Below, in pieces: positions 1 to 11,118 of a DNA stretch of 64,000 nt (the first letter of the stretch is position 1; each line of letters opens with the position of its first letter). Under the pieces are notes generated by a model. That model saw only the letters and a list, made by a program, of their open reading frames with translations, was not told where the DNA came from and ran no database searches. The position numbers and the translations under genes are program-made. The stretch spans positions 90,639 through 154,638 of the forward strand of contig JAIXUD010000023.1 in the NCBI GenBank assembly GCA_027483645.1, given 5' to 3'. This stretch comes from Sphingobacteriales bacterium (GTDB lineage Bacteria > Bacteroidota > Bacteroidia > Chitinophagales > CAIOSU01).

Positions 1-1
1 C

Positions 2-919
<918 letters not shown>

Positions 920-938
920 TTGCTACTATATATTATAC

Positions 939-980
939 AAACACCAGCGGCCGCTTCTGATGAGGTGGCCGTTGGTGTTT
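939..980. terminator. Probable bidirectional intrinsic terminator between convergent genes
   Basis: AAACACCAGCGGCCGCTTC-TGAT-GAGGTGGCCGTTGGTGTTT is a long stem (with G-U pairs) and 4-nt loop between stops at 919 (+) and 1033 (-). Confidence 0.75.
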
Positions 981-1032
981 ATGGGGGAGTTGCAGTGAAT
1001 GGTACTTAAGAAGTGCTATTTACAAGATATTA

Positions 1033-4000
1033 TTAGTCCACGTTCAATACACCAGTTGCCTTAACCACCGTAGTACCTGTTGCATCTTGGCTAAACGTAA
1101 CTGCATTTACCGCACGGCCAGCTGGAACTTCAAGCGTGCCTTGGGTTACTTCAAGCAAATTAGCTACGGTCAAGTTGTTGGTTATTGGGTATACTTTACC
1201 CGTGCCAGTGGTCGCAACCTCCACATTATAGAAGGGTTGGTTGTTGCTGCGTACGGTGGTATTGCCAGCACCGTTGAAGATAACCAAGTTGTTGCTATGG
1301 GTATAGGTTGCGCCCGTATTGCTCCAAATACCTTTTACGCTAATGGTATTGCCATCTGCATTGAAGTTGCCAGCGGTGAGTGTTAGGTTGTTGTTTACAT
1401 CGATTTGCCTATCTAATAGTACGGTACCTGCCGCAGTCTTTTCTACATTCCAAAGGTCCAAAGTACCACTACCCAATACATTTTGGGTACCAGTGCCCGC
1501 AAAGCGCAGCAAACCAGTTGATGTGGTGTTAACATCCAAAGTGCCGTCCACATAAACGGCGCCGCGCACCTCGAAGCCTGTACCGTGGCCATAAGTACCT
1601 GTGCTGCCACCGCTTACGCCAAAGTTAACTCCGGATAGCGTTGGGTCGGCAACAGTAGTTAAGGTGCTGCCAGACTCCACATACAAGTCACCATAGATAG
1701 CAATGGGTTGGCTATTTATATTATTGTTGAGCACAGTAACAGAACCGGTGCCGGTTACACCAATGTTTAAATCGCCATAAATAGTGGCAGTGGTCAACCT
1801 ACCTGATAGTATCATATTAAAGTTGTCCCAAGAAAAATTGGCTGTATTTGCAGTGTTCTCGAAGTACAAGTTAGGGTAGTACATATCTGCTGCAGCTGTA
1901 TTTGGGTTACCATCGCCATTGTAGCGGTAGTACCAGTTTGCGGTGGCAGGTATGGTGCTCATACCACCTTGGTAAAAATCGCGGTAGCGCACAACACTAG
2001 AAGTGTTAGTTTTTATAATAATGCCATTAGCACCCAATGTCCATGTGGCATCGTTGGTAGTTCCAGTATTGTCTTCGTAGTCCAACCCAGCACTTCCACT
2101 ATTGTTACACCTATCATATAGGGTGCCGTTTACGGTCAAGTCAGCCCCGGCAATGCTGTTCAATATAGAGAGTTTATTGCTACCGGTAAGCTCAAGTGTT
2201 GCGCCCGTTTCAACCGTTACCTTATCAATGCTTAGGCTAAGGTTTAGCACAACCGTATTACCGGTTTTAATTATTACCTCAGTGGTATTTGTGGCAGTTG
2301 GGTATTCGCACGCGTTACTCCAAGGGCCAGCTGTGGTGCTGGCCATCTCCCAAGTTGCTGTAGCGTTCCAATTGCCATTGGCCCTGCTCCGGAATACGGG
2401 CAATACACCCAAAGTATATTGGGCAGCGTTACTGTTTTGGGTACAAGTGCCCGATGTTACCTCACAATAAAACTGATATCCGTTCAATGAGGTGGTTGTT
2501 CCGGTTATACTCAAACTGGCACCGGTTGCCCCCGTTACGGTGGTACCTGCAAAAGTGGTTACGTTAGTCCATCCTGTTGCGGTGCCATCATTATACTTCC
2601 ATTGATAAGTAATGGCCGAGCCGGCAGTTGCGGCCACACTCATGCTAATGCTGCAAGAGGTAACATCGGTAGGCTGGGTGTTAATGGTTAGTTGTGTACC
2701 TGCCGCATAAGGGCTCACGCCTAAGTTGGTACAAGATTCGGTTTGGGTAATATCCCATTGCGAAGGAATGTAGCTTAGGCTAGGTGCTGTAACAGAAGCA
2801 ATGCGCGCTTGCGAGAAACCCGCGCCTTGGTTAGGATTTTCGGTAAAATCAATAGTTGCGCCATTTTTACGCAACATCACTTCATCGTTTCCGTTAAAGC
2901 CACCTGCGGTAGCGGTTATGTTGGGTGTTACGCTACAAGGGCCGCTACTAATGCCAATTCGCACTAGGTAAGTAGCGCCGCTCGCAATGGTTCCGCTAAG
3001 GGCAATATTTTCGGCATTTGAGCCATTGTTGCCGTATGCAATTGTTCTTACCGAGTAGTTGCTTAGATTAATGCCAGCCGCGGTGCCGTTAAAAATTTCA
3101 ACAAAATGGTAATCGCCATTAGTAGCGTCATATATTTCGCTTATAAATAGTTCCGTGGCGGTTGCGCCATTACCGCAAGCTCCGCTTTGGCCAATAACAG
3201 TAAAATCTGTAGCCGATATTGTGGTGCAATTACTAGCATTGGTAACGCTTACTTTTCCAGTAGTAGTATTGGCGGGCACTTCAGCTTTAATGGTAGTGCT
3301 GTTTACCACCGTATAGGTTGGCGCATTTATGCCATTAAAGGCAACCCCAGTTGCGCCAGTAAAGTTTGTACCGGTTATGGTTACTATAGTGCCTACAGGG
3401 CCCGTTGAAGGGGCTAATGAAGCGATGGTAGCCGTTTGGGTACAAGGGGTAGTACCGCTTACCTGTACCTCAAATGCGTTAATGTAGGCTAAATCGAATT
3501 CTTCAGCATCGCACACCTTAAGCGTCCAGGTACCTTGCGAAGGCTCACCGTTAAAGGTGCTGAGGGGATCGGTAAGTGCACCTTGTACTTGCACGGTTTC
3601 GTCATAAGTGCCATCTACGGTATGATCAGAGCCATCAAGCCCTATCGCACTGCCGCTATCGTCAAACAAGGCATCGAGGTCAAACCAGTCGTTGCCTACT
3701 GAGTTCATAATAGTAATTTCGGTGCCTTGTGGAGAAACTACTTTAACAATTAAATCGCCACGCCAATCAGTAGTTGCTTTTACCCCAATGTTAACGTCAG
3801 TTATGAGCACATTGCTACCAACATTAAAGGTCATCGTTGCATAGTCGTTGGTTAAACAGCCGTTGTCGGTAACTGGCACGGCCACATTAACGGTTAAAGT
3901 AGCAGCGGTTGATGTAGTACCCGTACATGGCGAGTTGCCACCTATAACCACTCTATATTGGTAGCCGCTCATGGCAAGGCTTGCACCTGTTATGGTTAGT

Positions 4001-7000
4001 GTTTGGGTATTAGCATTTGAATACAATGAGCTGTTCGAAATATTGTTAAAGCCGGTACCGGTATCCACTTGCCATTGATAGCTGCCAGCATTGCTTGCTG
4101 TTACGGTGAAGGTAGTATTGGCACCATTATTAATGACCCTGTTGGCTGGTTGGCCACTAATACTCGCATTACTGTTGATAGTTACGTTATAAGGGCCCGC
4201 TGCACCGTCGCTCCAGCATAGCGTGGTGCTATTGTATGCGCGCACATAATAGCTGCCGCTGGTAGTTACCGAGAGGCTGCTAGCTGCATTGTTGGTAGTA
4301 GCGGTCCCAGAGGCAGTGGTTTGCCAATAGTTGGTTACGGGTGCAGTAGCCGAGCCAGAAAAGGAAAGCGATGTGGTAGCACAAGCAGGCGTGGTGCCGG
4401 TTATGGTACCCGTAGGGTCGGCAGGTGGGGTACAGGCCACGTAGCAGGTCCAGCTCACGTCATCTATTACCACCTGCCTTGAGCCTGTAGAGCGGAATTG
4501 AATCAATACATTGCCCGGCTCGTTGGCACTAACAGTATGGGTATATATTGTAGTCATGGCTGCCAAGGTAAAGGTGCCTTTAAGCGTGCCATTTACATAT
4601 ACAGCTATAGTGCGGTCTGAAGCCACACCACCAGTAAAGTATGAGCGCATGCTAAAAGTAACATCTCCCACGCCGCCAGTTCCTGAGTTGGCACGTACAT
4701 TTCCAGTTCCTGCATCAGAGAAGCCAATGGTGCCGCCGGTAATGTCATAAGTTCCGGATGGAGTGCGGGCCTCTACATAAGTCCAGGTTACACCGTTATC
4801 GCCTGTGTAAGATCCGCTACCGTAGGTGCTTCCAGAAGCATTAAGATTCGTAAAGCTTTCTGTGCCGCAAGGCCCGGCCGCTGGGCTGCAGTTATCGGTA
4901 CCACCAGCTACCCAAACAGTGCCTTTGCGGGCGTAGGTTTTAAAGTTATAATTGGTGCCATTGGCTAGGCTGGTAATGGTACCGCTGGCGGTGCCAGTGC
5001 CTTTATAAACTACCTCGCCTCCATCAAAGTCGGTACCACTACCAAAAGCGAGGTTTGGTGTATACGCTGAGCCATCTCCGCTAGGTAATGCTGAGGTAAA
5101 TGCACCCGCTTTAGCAACCACCATTATCTGATCAAAGCAAGTAGGGTTGGCCCAAGTTACGGTTGCGGTGGCATTGGAGCAAGTTGCCGCTACCGAAGTT
5201 GGCCCTGCGAAGGCTTGAACCGTAAGGTTAATACCGTTATCAGCACCAGTTACACTTGGTGTGCTGCTCATCACAAGAATACGGTAGGCTGTACCGGCAC
5301 CAACTGTTGCAGGTATGGTGGCACTAATAGAGCCTGCGGTAGTAGCGGTTGCGTTACCAATATTGGTAGTGCCTGATGCAAACGAGCCGCTGGAGTTGGA
5401 AAGCACGGCGGTGAATACGTTACCAGGCGTATAGCTACCCACAATAGTGTAGGGCACGCTCACCGTTGCAGTGGAGCTATTGCCAATACAAAAAGGGCTG
5501 CCAATAATGGCGCCAGTTGCAATGGATTGCAACCCAGTGCCTGTAACAGTAAAAGTGTAGGGGTTTTCATCCAAATCGTTGTTGGCGATAGAAATAGTTG
5601 CCGAGCGGCCGCCAGCAACGGTTGGGTTAAAGGTAATAGTAAAGGCGGTGGAACCGGCAGGCGCAATGGTAGCCAGTGTGCTGGTCTGGTTGATGGTAAA
5701 ATCGGCCGTATTGCCCGATATTGCCACTAAGGGAGTTCCCGTTAAAAGCAAATTTGCATTGCCCGAGTTTTCTATTGTAAAGGTAATAGCACTTGAAGAG
5801 GCGCCGGTGGCCAATGAACCAAAGCCGTAGCTTCCACTACCGCTATCTAGGTTGGTGCTGCCTTGTTTCACATTAATTTCAGATGCTGAAGCGAGCCCAG
5901 TACCCGTAAGACTTATTGTGTAAGGGTTTTCGTTTAAGTCGTTGTTGGCTATCGATATGGCAGCGGTTCGCAAACCGGCGGCCGAAGGGGTAAAATTAAT
6001 GGTGAAAGTAGTGGTACCCGATGTGGCGGCAACCGAAGCAGCAGTAGATACTTGATTGATGACAAAATCACCGGAATTGGTACCACTAATAACCACTTTC
6101 GGTGAGCCGCTTAAAGACAGCGCCGCCGAGCCTGTATTCTCGATAGTGAAAGTGATGGCCCCAGAAGAAGTGCTGGTAGCGAAAGAGCCAAAATCGTAAG
6201 TGCTAGCTGAAGCAATGTTGGTAGTGCCTTCTTTTACATTTATCTCGGGGGTTATGCCAGTACCAGTTACATCAAATGTGTAGGGGTTTTCATCGGCATC
6301 GTCATTTGCAATGGAAATATTAGCGGTTCGGGTACCGGTAGTGGTTGGGCTAAAGGTAATGGTGAAGGTAGTGCTGCCCGCTGCAGCTACTGAAGCTGCG
6401 GTGCTGGTTTGCACAATACTAAAATCGGCTGTGTTGCCGGTAATAACAACCTTATTGGGTGTTCCACTCAAGGCAAGGGCAGCAGTTCCTGTATTTTCAA
6501 CCGTAAAGGTAATGGCGCTTGATGAGGCGCCTTGATTGATGGAACCAAAACTGTAACTGCCTGAGCCATCCACCAAATCATTAGTACCTTGCTTTACGTT
6601 AATTTCGGGTGCAGATACTACTGCCGCTGATATAGATACGTCATCCAAATCGCAATTGCCTGATCCTTGTGTATAAGTCCAGCGAACGTAACGAGTGTTA
6701 GCGGTTAGCGTTACAGTAATGCCAGCACAATCTGATATGGCTGTCGCCCCAGATGCTGTGCCGTAGGTTCCGATAGTAGTCCAAGCACTGCCATTATCCG
6801 ATCTTTCTACTAGCATGCTTGAAGCGCCGCTCATTGAGGCTCTCTTTAAACTAAAAGTAAGCTGGTTGGGCGCTGCATTGAAGAAAACCGTAGTTACATC
6901 GCCCGAACTATTAAAAGTAGCGGCATTATTGCCAGTGCAGGCAAAAGTGGTGGTACGGTCGACAGTGCCTGTTTGAGACCAACCAGTAGGTTCAGTGGTA

Positions 7001-7095
7001 TTCCAGGCAGTTCTAGAAACAGGTAAGGTTGCTTGTGCCAATAGTTGACTGGTGGAAAATAGGATAACTAACAACAATAAATATGCGTACCTCAT
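1033..7095 (-). CDS. Giant secreted/surface mosaic protein (3 tandem Ig-like choice-of-anchor-D-type repeats, further Ig modules, proprotein-convertase P-like domain, IPT/TIG, lamin-tail-like domain, beta-rich C-terminal region)
   Basis: 2020-aa T/G/S/A/N-rich ORF with Sec signal MRYAYLLLLVILFSTSQLLAQ. Three EINVK.G...ENPYT repeats; DLIVKVVSPQGTEITI...GTWTLKVCD (P-domain-like); LAPSTGPVGTIVTITGTNFTGATGVAFNG (IPT/TIG); LFISEIYD...FVEIFNGT (LTD-like). Confidence 0.8.
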   Translation of the reverse strand: MRYAYLLLLVILFSTSQLLAQATLPVSRTAWNTTEPTGWSQTGTVDRTTTFACTGNNAATFNSSGDVTTVFFNAAPNQLTFSLKRASMSGASSMLVERSDNGSAWTTIGTYGTASGATAISDCAGITVTLTANTRYVRWTYTQGSGNCDLDDVSISAAVVSAPEINVKQGTNDLVDGSGSYSFGSINQGASSSAITFTVENTGTAALALSGTPNKVVITGNTADFSIVQTSTAASVAAAGSTTFTITFSPTTTGTRTANISIANDDADENPYTFDVTGTGITPEINVKEGTTNIASASTYDFGSFATSTSSGAITFTIENTGSAALSLSGSPKVVISGTNSGDFVINQVSTAASVAATSGTTTFTINFTPSAAGLRTAAISIANNDLNENPYTISLTGTGLASASEINVKQGSTNLDSGSGSYGFGSLATGASSSAITFTIENSGNANLLLTGTPLVAISGNTADFTINQTSTLATIAPAGSTAFTITFNPTVAGGRSATISIANNDLDENPYTFTVTGTGLQSIATGAIIGSPFCIGNSSTATVSVPYTIVGSYTPGNVFTAVLSNSSGSFASGTTNIGNATATTAGSISATIPATVGAGTAYRILVMSSTPSVTGADNGINLTVQAFAGPTSVAATCSNATATVTWANPTCFDQIMVVAKAGAFTSALPSGDGSAYTPNLAFGSGTDFDGGEVVYKGTGTASGTITSLANGTNYNFKTYARKGTVWVAGGTDNCSPAAGPCGTESFTNLNASGSTYGSGSYTGDNGVTWTYVEARTPSGTYDITGGTIGFSDAGTGNVRANSGTGGVGDVTFSMRSYFTGGVASDRTIAVYVNGTLKGTFTLAAMTTIYTHTVSANEPGNVLIQFRSTGSRQVVIDDVSWTCYVACTPPADPTGTITGTTPACATTSLSFSGSATAPVTNYWQTTASGTATTNNAASSLSVTTSGSYYVRAYNSTTLCWSDGAAGPYNVTINSNASISGQPANRVINNGANTTFTVTASNAGSYQWQVDTGTGFNNISNSSLYSNANTQTLTITGASLAMSGYQYRVVIGGNSPCTGTTSTAATLTVNVAVPVTDNGCLTNDYATMTFNVGSNVLITDVNIGVKATTDWRGDLIVKVVSPQGTEITIMNSVGNDWFDLDALFDDSGSAIGLDGSDHTVDGTYDETVQVQGALTDPLSTFNGEPSQGTWTLKVCDAEEFDLAYINAFEVQVSGTTPCTQTATIASLAPSTGPVGTIVTITGTNFTGATGVAFNGINAPTYTVVNSTTIKAEVPANTTTGKVSVTNASNCTTISATDFTVIGQSGACGNGATATELFISEIYDATNGDYHFVEIFNGTAAGINLSNYSVRTIAYGNNGSNAENIALSGTIASGATYLVRIGISSGPCSVTPNITATAGGFNGNDEVMLRKNGATIDFTENPNQGAGFSQARIASVTAPSLSYIPSQWDITQTESCTNLGVSPYAAGTQLTINTQPTDVTSCSISMSVAATAGSAITYQWKYNDGTATGWTNVTTFAGTTVTGATGASLSITGTTTSLNGYQFYCEVTSGTCTQNSNAAQYTLGVLPVFRSRANGNWNATATWEMASTTAGPWSNACEYPTATNTTEVIIKTGNTVVLNLSLSIDKVTVETGATLELTGSNKLSILNSIAGADLTVNGTLYDRCNNSGSAGLDYEDNTGTTNDATWTLGANGIIIKTNTSSVVRYRDFYQGGMSTIPATANWYYRYNGDGNPNTAAADMYYPNLYFENTANTANFSWDNFNMILSGRLTTATIYGDLNIGVTGTGSVTVLNNNINSQPIAIYGDLYVESGSTLTTVADPTLSGVNFGVSGGSTGTYGHGTGFEVRGAVYVDGTLDVNTTSTGLLRFAGTGTQNVLGSGTLDLWNVEKTAAGTVLLDRQIDVNNNLTLTAGNFNADGNTISVKGIWSNTGATYTHSNNLVIFNGAGNTTVRSNNQPFYNVEVATTGTGKVYPITNNLTVANLLEVTQGTLEVPAGRAVNAVTFSQDATGTTVVKATGVLNVD
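5533..6609 (-). repeat. Three ~120-aa tandem Ig-like domain repeats inside the giant protein
   Basis: EINVK(Q/E)G..., AITFT(V/I)EN(T/S)G, ISIAN(N/D)D..ENPYT...TGTG each occur three times; boundaries approximate. Confidence 0.8.
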
Positions 7096-7219
7096 AAGAA
7101 AACTTTAATCTGATTATTACTTTTCACAACTTTGCAGCATATCGGGCCACACATCAACAATTAATTGGTTATCGCCAAGAGCATCTTCTGGTCATTCGTT
7201 GGTTGCAATATTCAATCTA

Positions 7220-7227
7220 CAAAGGTA
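7220..7227 (-). promoter_or_regulatory. Bacteroidota sigma70 -7 element (TACCTTTG) upstream of the giant protein gene
   Basis: CAAAGGTA on + strand matches TAnnTTTG on - strand, about 125 nt upstream of ATG 7095. A second match, TATATTTG, lies at 7360-7367. Confidence 0.45.
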
Positions 7228-7490
7228 CAAGCACTTATATTAGCATAGTGTTAAGTTATTCCTAACCCGGCTGTTATGAGGTTGTAATGTAGCAGTTAAC
7301 AACATCGTTGTAAACAGGATTAGCCATTGTTAACATTGCGATAATAGGTAGAAGTGGTGCAAATATAGCTGTGGCAACAATTTGGGCTTAAAAAGTTAAC
7401 AATGCGCTGCTTGTGGGTTTCTTATGTTTGGTGAGAAGGGATTGTGTTTTTTATGGCGAAACAATGATGTGTTAAATGATTAATAACCTC

Positions 7491-8387
7491 TCACATCATC
7501 TTCACCACGGCATCGGCAAATAACTGGGCAGAAGTAGGGTGTTTACGCATCCACAGCTCGGGTTCTATCAGCTCCAGCTCTACCAGTGCTAGTGCTTCGT
7601 TATTGTCCCACATTAAATCCACACGGGCGTAGGCCGGTATGGGTTGGCAATTGGCAGTAACGTTTTCGGCAAATTTGATTTCCTCGGGCGAGGCTTGGTA
7701 CTCGTGTACACTTCCCCCAAAATCATCTTGCACCCTAAAGTCGCCAGCCTTGGCTTTTTTGAGCACGCTGTGGCTGTATTTGCCATCAAATACCATGTGC
7801 GAAACCTCGCCGTGGCTTTCTACCAAATCCATAAACGGCTGCAGTAGCATGGCTTCGCTGGTTATCAATTGCTTAAAAATAGCCTCACGCTCGGCAGCCT
7901 GCCCTTCCGCTATTTTGTAGGTATGCCTAGCACCACCGCTTATGGCAGGCTTAAGGATGGTTTTGCGCCAGCCCGATGCGGTAATGATTTCCTCTAGCAT
8001 TCGTTGCTCCCCTGTTTCAATAAATACGGTAGGCACTATGGGCACGCCGAGCTTTGCCAGATCTTGCAAATAGTGTTTGTCCATATTCCAACGGATGATT
8101 TCGACAGGATTGATAAAGCGTGTAAGTTGCTGCGCCTTTTCCAGCCATGCTGAAAACTCCTGCGCCCGGTGGAAATAATCCCATGTAGTTCGGAATAGCG
8201 CCACTTTCGTAGTCGCCCAATCAAAGTTTGGGTCGTCCCAACTGATGCGGTGCACTTTTAGTCCCTTGGCCTCCAATGCCTCGGTAAGCAGACGGTCTTC
8301 GATGAGGATATTGTTCACATAATCAGTAATGATTTCAGGGTGATTATATGCCGGACAGGTAAGCAGGGTGACATCGAAAGTTTTCAT
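7491..8387 (-). CDS. RimK/glutathione-synthetase-like ATP-grasp protein
   Basis: RTTWDY, NMDKHYL, ILKPAISGGA, DFRVQDDFGG, YARVD, ELELIEPEL motifs. Start chosen at MKTFDVTLL. Confidence 0.8.
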   Translation of the reverse strand: MKTFDVTLLTCPAYNHPEIITDYVNNILIEDRLLTEALEAKGLKVHRISWDDPNFDWATTKVALFRTTWDYFHRAQEFSAWLEKAQQLTRFINPVEIIRWNMDKHYLQDLAKLGVPIVPTVFIETGEQRMLEEIITASGWRKTILKPAISGGARHTYKIAEGQAAEREAIFKQLITSEAMLLQPFMDLVESHGEVSHMVFDGKYSHSVLKKAKAGDFRVQDDFGGSVHEYQASPEEIKFAENVTANCQPIPAYARVDLMWDNNEALALVELELIEPELWMRKHPTSAQLFADAVVKMM

Positions 8388-8440
8388 AGTGCGAAGATAC
8401 ATATCCGAATACTGGGTAGAAAGAAGGCTCACTTTTTGCT

Positions 8441-9004
8441 ATGTTAAGCTTTTGGAATTATCTTGCCGAGAGCCCACCAAAACCCCAAACCTTGAGCAGC
8501 CTCATCAACTTAAAAACCAGAAACCACCTAATAAAGCTACGCGAGATATTGGCCGAGATTGGCTTGGAAGGTGTACTACACGAAACTGACGCTACCTTTG
8601 CTACCGATGTACTGGTAATACCGTTGGATGAAGATGAGGAAGATGGGGATATATTGGCCTTTGCCTACTTGCCCGGCACGGAGGAGTATTATACCAACAT
8701 AATGATACTGCAGCTAATGCTGGAGTTCCCCATTGAAGTAAACCCCGACAATAAAGCTGCGCTGCTGGATTTAATGATGCGCATGAACCAGCAGTTGGGC
8801 ATTGGTGCTTACTACATTGATGCGGAAGAGTGCGTTGGCATCCGCCACATTATTACCCACTCCATACACGGCAGCATCGATAAGCTGGTGCTGGAAGACA
8901 CTGTTAACCTGCTGCTAAGCATGTACCACTATACCTTTGAAGGCATAGAAGAAGTAAACGATGGTGCTGATCCGGAAGAGGTGTTGGATGAATTGTTTGG
9001 ATAA
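8441..9004 (+). CDS. YbjN-like (T3SS-chaperone-fold) acidic protein
   Basis: 187-aa acidic ORF with LLDLMMRMNQQLGIGAYYID, a YbjN-like pattern; start uncertain. Confidence 0.55.
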   Translation: MLSFWNYLAESPPKPQTLSSLINLKTRNHLIKLREILAEIGLEGVLHETDATFATDVLVIPLDEDEEDGDILAFAYLPGTEEYYTNIMILQLMLEFPIEVNPDNKAALLDLMMRMNQQLGIGAYYIDAEECVGIRHIITHSIHGSIDKLVLEDTVNLLLSMYHYTFEGIEEVNDGADPEEVLDELFG

Positions 9005-9015
9005 CTTTTTGAAAT

Positions 9016-9145
9016 ACAAGACACAAGACGCAAGACACAAGACACAAGACTTGCTTCAATTTAATACATCTTTGCAGTTGTAATGGCTTACATCGACTTT
9101 AATCGTAGTTTTCTTGTGTCTTGTGTCTTATGTCTTGCGTCTAAT
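9016..9145. repeat. Inverted pair of heptamer tandem arrays: (ACAAGAC)x5 and (GTCTTGT)x5, degenerate
   Basis: 9016-9050 ACAAGAC ACAAGAC GCAAGAC ACAAGAC ACAAGAC; 9111-9145 TTCTTGT GTCTTGT GTCTTAT GTCTTGC GTCTAAT. Confidence 0.9.
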
Positions 9146-9153
9146 ACAGCCGT

Positions 9154-10710
9154 ATGAGAAAACTACTACAGCTCCGGCTTACCCCTGAAGAAAATGCCAC
9201 TGAGCACCTGCTGGAGCGCAAGTGTGCACAGGACATCGGTGTTTCGCCTAACCGCATTACCGGTATGCGGCGGGTACGTGAGTCTATCGATGCCCGCTCT
9301 CGAAATATCATGATTCAGCTGATGGTGGAAGTGGTGGTAGATGAGCCTTATATCCCTGAAAATTTTGCTACGCCTGAAGTATTGGATGTCCGCAATGCCA
9401 AGCCTGTATTGATTATCGGGGCAGGTCCTGCGGGACTGTTCGCAGCCATACGGTTGATTGAGTTAGGGTTGAAACCCGTTATTATTGAGCGGGGCAAAGA
9501 CGTGCGAAACCGCCGCCGAGATTTGGCAACCATTACCAAACAAGGCGAGGTAAACCCCGAAAGTAACTACTGCTTTGGCGAAGGCGGTGCAGGTACGTAT
9601 AGTGATGGTAAGCTCTATACTCGCAGCACCAAGCGCGGCGATGTGCAACGCATTCTCGATTTGTTTACCCGCTTTGGTGCCGACCAAGCCATTAACTACC
9701 AAGCACACCCGCACATTGGTACCAACAAACTGCCGCAAATTATTAGCGCCATGCGCCAGTATGTGGAAGATTGCGGGGGCGAAGTGCATTTTGATACCAA
9801 GCTTACCAAAATAATGGTGGATGGCGATAGGCTCACAGGTATTGCCTGCGCCGATGGACAGCAGCACTTAGCTGATGCCGCCATACTGGCCACTGGCCAT
9901 AGTGCCCGAGATATCTTTGAATTGATGCACGGCATGGGTTTAGAGATTGAGGCCAAACCGTTCGCACTCGGGGTGCGCATTGAGCACCCACAAGATATCA
10001 TCGATAGCATACAATACCATTGCGAGGTGCGCAGCGAGTTATTGCCTGCGGCCAGCTACAGCTTGGTACACCAAGCGCAGGGTAGGGGGGTATTCTCTTT
10101 CTGCATGTGCCCCGGCGGCATTATTGCCCCAGCGAGCACCAACCATGGCGAAGTGGTGGTAAACGGGTGGTCGCCCAGCAAGCGCAACAACCCCTACGCT
10201 AACAGCGGAATGGTGGTAAGTGTGGGTGGTGAAGACTTTAAAGAATACGAACGCTTTGGCCCGTTGGCGGGCATGTACTACCAAGCCGAGGTTGAGCAAA
10301 AGGCCTTCACAGCGGGTGGCGGCAACTTAAAGGCCCCAGCGCAGCGCGTTACCGACTTTATCCGTGGCAAGGTATCCACTAGCCTGCCCGATTGCTCATA
10401 TATACCGGGCATCACCTCTGCTGATTTGACGAAAGTACTGCCCACCGAAGTGCACATTCGCCTGCGTGAGGGATTAGAAGCTTTTGGTAAAAAGATGCGC
10501 GGTTATGTAACCGAACACGCCGTACTAGTAGGCGTAGAGAGCCGCACCAGCACACCCGTGCGTATTCCTCGAAACGAGTTGTTGCAGCATCCCCAACTGA
10601 AAGGCCTTTACCCATGCGGCGAAGGTGCGGGCTATGCTGGGGGCATCATGAGCGCCGCCATGGATGGGGAGCGATGTGCAGAGGCGGTTGCTGCCATATA
10701 TCCTAAGTAG
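9154..10710 (+). CDS. NAD(P)/FAD-dependent oxidoreductase (uncharacterised FAD dehydrogenase family)
   Basis: IIGAGPAGLFAA Rossmann motif, FGEGGAGTYSDGKL, FCMCPGG, GEGAGYAGGIMSAAMDG. Confidence 0.9.
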   Translation: MRKLLQLRLTPEENATEHLLERKCAQDIGVSPNRITGMRRVRESIDARSRNIMIQLMVEVVVDEPYIPENFATPEVLDVRNAKPVLIIGAGPAGLFAAIRLIELGLKPVIIERGKDVRNRRRDLATITKQGEVNPESNYCFGEGGAGTYSDGKLYTRSTKRGDVQRILDLFTRFGADQAINYQAHPHIGTNKLPQIISAMRQYVEDCGGEVHFDTKLTKIMVDGDRLTGIACADGQQHLADAAILATGHSARDIFELMHGMGLEIEAKPFALGVRIEHPQDIIDSIQYHCEVRSELLPAASYSLVHQAQGRGVFSFCMCPGGIIAPASTNHGEVVVNGWSPSKRNNPYANSGMVVSVGGEDFKEYERFGPLAGMYYQAEVEQKAFTAGGGNLKAPAQRVTDFIRGKVSTSLPDCSYIPGITSADLTKVLPTEVHIRLREGLEAFGKKMRGYVTEHAVLVGVESRTSTPVRIPRNELLQHPQLKGLYPCGEGAGYAGGIMSAAMDGERCAEAVAAIYPK

Positions 10711-10728
10711 TATTGCGCAGGGGTATAT

Positions 10729-11091
10729 TTACTCCCAAAACTTCCACCATTTTTTATTGCTGAACCCAATGTACAGCCCATCCTCACGTAGTTGCAGTGG
10801 GTAGGTGGGCTGGTAGTAGCCTTCGCCACTTACATTTTCGCCGGTGCGCATGTTGAATTTGATGCGGTGGATGGGGCATACCACATTGCCATGCTCATCG
10901 CACCAGCCCTTGCCTAGCGATGCGCCCGAATGTGGGCAAGTATCTTCAAGCGCGTGGTAGCCATCGCCTAATTTGCCGAGGCATATCTTTTTACCATCCA
11001 CGTTTAGGGGCAACACTTGCCGCTTCTCGAACATTTGTTCCAGTTGCCAAGGCTCAAAAAGGCGATGCCAGGTATAGGTTTCTTCGGCCAT
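10729..11091 (-). CDS. Rieske [2Fe-2S] ferredoxin
   Basis: CPH...CPIH ligand motifs in a 120-aa ORF. Confidence 0.9.
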   Translation of the reverse strand: MAEETYTWHRLFEPWQLEQMFEKRQVLPLNVDGKKICLGKLGDGYHALEDTCPHSGASLGKGWCDEHGNVVCPIHRIKFNMRTGENVSGEGYYQPTYPLQLREDGLYIGFSNKKWWKFWE

Positions 11092-11118
11092 GGTATAAAG
11101 ATAGGGAATACACGTAGG

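Noticed and set aside
7096..7490. 395-bp intergenic region as a possible riboswitch or ncRNA
   Set aside because: AT-rich with promoter-like elements only; I could not recognise a conserved RNA motif or strong structure by eye. An Rfam scan would be needed to exclude one.
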